Below are positions 61,548 through 64,000 of a stretch of DNA of 64,000 nt, piece after piece (position 1 is the first letter of the stretch; every line of letters begins with the position of its first letter). The stretch comes from Promethearchaeota archaeon (GTDB taxonomy: Archaea > Asgardarchaeota > Lokiarchaeia > Sigyniarchaeales > SOKP01), in contig JBHLNS010000001.1 of assembly GCA_048941285.1 (NCBI GenBank), positions 32,001 to 96,000 of the forward strand. Direction: 5' to 3'. The position numbers were made by a program, and so were the translations under genes. Under the pieces are notes generated by a model. The model made no database searches. It was not told the DNA's origin and saw only the letters and a list, made by a program, of their open reading frames with translations.

Positions 61548-62642
61548 TTGAGGATATTGAGAATGGTTGAGATATTTCATGAATTAGATGGAGATCTTTC
61601 AATTTTAAATGATAAAACTATTGCTATTATTGGTTATGGAAATCAAGGAAGAGCCCAGGCCCTTAACTTAAGAGATTCTGGTTTAAATATTATTGTAGGC
61701 AATATTGAGGATCAATACCGAGATATTGCTTTAAAAGATGATTTTTCAGTCTTTACAATAAAAGAAGCTACAAGAAAATCAGATATAATCTTTTTATTAC
61801 TCCCAGATGAAATTATGAATGATATTTTTGAAAATTATATTAAACCAAATTTAAAACCAAAATCTTCAATTGTATTTGCCAGTGGATATAATATCGGTTT
61901 CAAATTATTAAAACCACCTGATAATATAGATGTAATGCTAATTGCCCCTAGAATGATTGGAGTGGGAGTAAGAGAAAATTTTTTGAAAAAAACAGGCTTC
62001 TTTAGTTTTATTGCCATTGATCAAGATGCTTCAGGGCAAGCTAAACAAATTCTACTAGCATTAGCTAAGGCTATAGGGACATTAAAAAAAGGAGCAATAA
62101 TGCTGACTTTCAAGCAAGAAGCTGAATTAGATTTATTTAATGAACAAGCATTCGGACCTGCATTTGGAAGGGTTCTATTAACAAGTATTTACACACTGAT
62201 TGATGCGGGATATCCCCCAGAAGCAGTTTTAATTGAAATGTATTTGAGTAATGAGATGTCGTATACATATAAAAAGATGGCAGAAGTAGGATTAGTTAAA
62301 CAAGTAGACTTTCATTCTCAAACAAGTCAATATGGTGCTATGAGTAGAGGAATAAGATTTAGAAAGCTCCCCCTTAAAGATAAAATGGAGACAATTTTAA
62401 AAGAAATTCAAAATGGAGAATTTACCAGAGAATGGGAAAAAAAAATCACTAAGTTGAAATTTAAAATGATAAAATTTTTGGCAACTAGGCAGAAAATTAA
62501 TAAATTAGAGAAAAAAGTGAGAAAAAATCTTAAATTAAAACTCTATGATATTTATGAAGAAGACGCACCAACAGAAGCCGAACTTGCTGAAATTGAAAAG
62601 ATTTCAGAAGAATTAAAAATATTTGAAGAATATTATAAATGA
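61548..62642 (+). CDS. ilvC: Ketol-acid reductoisomerase (likely start ATG 61563)
   Basis: IIGYGNQGRAQALNLRDSG, LLPDE, DLFNEQ, SQTSQYG. Confidence 0.9.
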   Translation: MRILRMVEIFHELDGDLSILNDKTIAIIGYGNQGRAQALNLRDSGLNIIVGNIEDQYRDIALKDDFSVFTIKEATRKSDIIFLLLPDEIMNDIFENYIKPNLKPKSSIVFASGYNIGFKLLKPPDNIDVMLIAPRMIGVGVRENFLKKTGFFSFIAIDQDASGQAKQILLALAKAIGTLKKGAIMLTFKQEAELDLFNEQAFGPAFGRVLLTSIYTLIDAGYPPEAVLIEMYLSNEMSYTYKKMAEVGLVKQVDFHSQTSQYGAMSRGIRFRKLPLKDKMETILKEIQNGEFTREWEKKITKLKFKMIKFLATRQKINKLEKKVRKNLKLKLYDIYEEDAPTEAELAEIEKISEELKIFEEYYK

Positions 62643-62653
62643 TTATTTCTAAC

Positions 62654-63616
62654 TTATATTAAGATAATTATTACACCCAAAATTGTTAATATGACTCCTA
62701 TAAAACCAAACCTTGATATACTTTCCTTATTTACAAGATAAGTTAATGGAAGTGCAAATAATGGACTTGTACTAGCTATTAATGAAACTATATTTGCCCC
62801 AGCCAAATGTACGGATTCAGTATATAGATATGCACCTAATGAAGTCCCTATGATTGAAGCAATTAATAGATACATCCATGAATGTAATGACTTCTTCTTA
62901 TAAGATGCATTGTTATTTTTTTTTAAAAAATAATTTTCTCTTAATACCATTGAACCTAAAATCATTAATGCAAATGGAAATCTTATAAGATTTCCTATAA
63001 CAGAACTTAGTTCTTTAATATGAATAATTAGATCTATTTGTAGTGTAGCAAATTGAATTAAAACAGCACCAATAGCCCACCCTATAGATGCAGTAAAACA
63101 AAATCCCATTGCTTTTATGTATTTTTTGCCAAAAATTTCTTTTATGAATAGATCTGAACTTAGAGAACTTTGCTGCTTTTTCTCAAAAGGTTTTTTTGAC
63201 TTTCCGATAATTATTACGCCACTACCGATCATAATTAGAGATAAAACCAGATTCAATTTAAACGGTTGATTAAAAAAGAATAGAGATAATATAAAGGTAA
63301 ATAGAGGAAATGTCATTGAGATAGCAAGTGCAATAGTAGTTCCTAATTCCTTCTGTGCTATAAAATACGCAGTATCTCCAATTACTTGACCGAAAATAAA
63401 GCTTAAAATTAATAACAACCATATTTCCCAAGGTATCATAAATATCAAATTTAATTGATTTAAGAATAGCACAATAAAAAAGAATGTTAGAGTTCCTATT
63501 GCTGTTCGAAAAAAATTTATAAAAGTTGGACTTACCTCATTTTCGGTCTTACGAAAAATAACATTAGAGCTTACAAATGTTAGCACTGCTGAAATTGCGA
63601 TAAGTTCTCCTAACAT
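62654..63616 (-). CDS. DMT/EamA family transporter
   Basis: Two EamA repeats, about 10 TM segments. Confidence 0.87.
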   Translation of the reverse strand: MLGELIAISAVLTFVSSNVIFRKTENEVSPTFINFFRTAIGTLTFFFIVLFLNQLNLIFMIPWEIWLLLILSFIFGQVIGDTAYFIAQKELGTTIALAISMTFPLFTFILSLFFFNQPFKLNLVLSLIMIGSGVIIIGKSKKPFEKKQQSSLSSDLFIKEIFGKKYIKAMGFCFTASIGWAIGAVLIQFATLQIDLIIHIKELSSVIGNLIRFPFALMILGSMVLRENYFLKKNNNASYKKKSLHSWMYLLIASIIGTSLGAYLYTESVHLAGANIVSLIASTSPLFALPLTYLVNKESISRFGFIGVILTILGVIIILI

Positions 63617-63657
63617 TAATTACATAAAATAAAGAGAACATAAATTGTTTTGTATTA

Positions 63658-64000
63658 TTATTCTTTTTTACCCTTTTGATTTTCAATCTTTATTGTGAGT
63701 TCTGTATTACAATTATAACAAAATTTTGGGAGCGATTCAAACACAACTCCACATTTTGGGCAAATTAATTTTCCATCTTCAACAATGTCATTTAAATCTT
63801 CCAAATGTTGATTAGATTTAGATTCATGTATTTTTTTAATAATTAGAGAGAGGCTCGTCGAAAGAATAAATATTGTAACCCCAAGCAAAATTGTATGAAT
63901 TAAATGGAAACCAAAAAAAGAATTAAAATATATAGTTGAATATCTGGACAAAAAAATGTAAACAAAGAAATTAGGAAAGAAGAATGTTAATAAATTTATT
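63658..64000 (-). CDS. C-terminus of a membrane protein with zinc ribbon (partial, frame open to the window end)
   Basis: TM helix then CPKCG...FCYNC; no upstream in-frame stop within the window. Confidence 0.65.
   Translation of the reverse strand, partial: INLLTFFFPNFFVYIFLSRYSTIYFNSFFGFHLIHTILLGVTIFILSTSLSLIIKKIHESKSNQHLEDLNDIVEDGKLICPKCGVVFESLPKFCYNCNTELTIKIENQKGKKE

Noticed and set aside
1-64000. tRNA, rRNA, transposases, integrases or prophage genes
   Set aside because: No GC-rich cloverleaf or rRNA-like tract and no mobile-element motifs recognised by eye; tRNAscan-SE and Infernal would be needed to exclude small RNAs

Overview
AT-rich, gene-dense archaeal chromosome segment, most likely from an Asgard archaeon of the Lokiarchaeia type (inference from gene content). 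Archaeal housekeeping genes include pus10-rpl21e-rpoF-DUF655-rsmA-HemK2, rpl35ae, a histone, XPD, NurA and RecJ/Cdc45. Metabolic genes include H4MPT C1 enzymes (ftr, mtd, mch), gcvT-H-PA-PB, purine salvage and glycogen genes. Eukaryotic-signature proteins include a Rag/Gtr-type GTPase-roadblock fusion, three Rab-like GTPases, a Snf7/ESCRT-III protein, a probable steadiness-box (ESCRT-I-like) multidomain protein, a presenilin-like protease and a roadblock protein. Signals missed by the ORF track: (1) a peroxiredoxin-like selenoprotein at 55601-56134 with an in-frame UGA in a UxxC motif and a eukaryote-type AUGA/AAA/GA SECIS just after its stop; (2) a second in-frame UGA at codon 5 of the next gene (nitrilase family); (3) at least three conserved genes (rpl21e, xpd, gcvPB) with no in-frame ATG/GTG/TTG ahead of their conserved N-termini, which apparently start at AUA behind a Shine-Dalgarno motif; (4) an unannotated 58-aa ORF. 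No rRNA, tRNA, CRISPR array or mobile element was recognised. All family assignments are from motif recognition by eye; no database searches were run.
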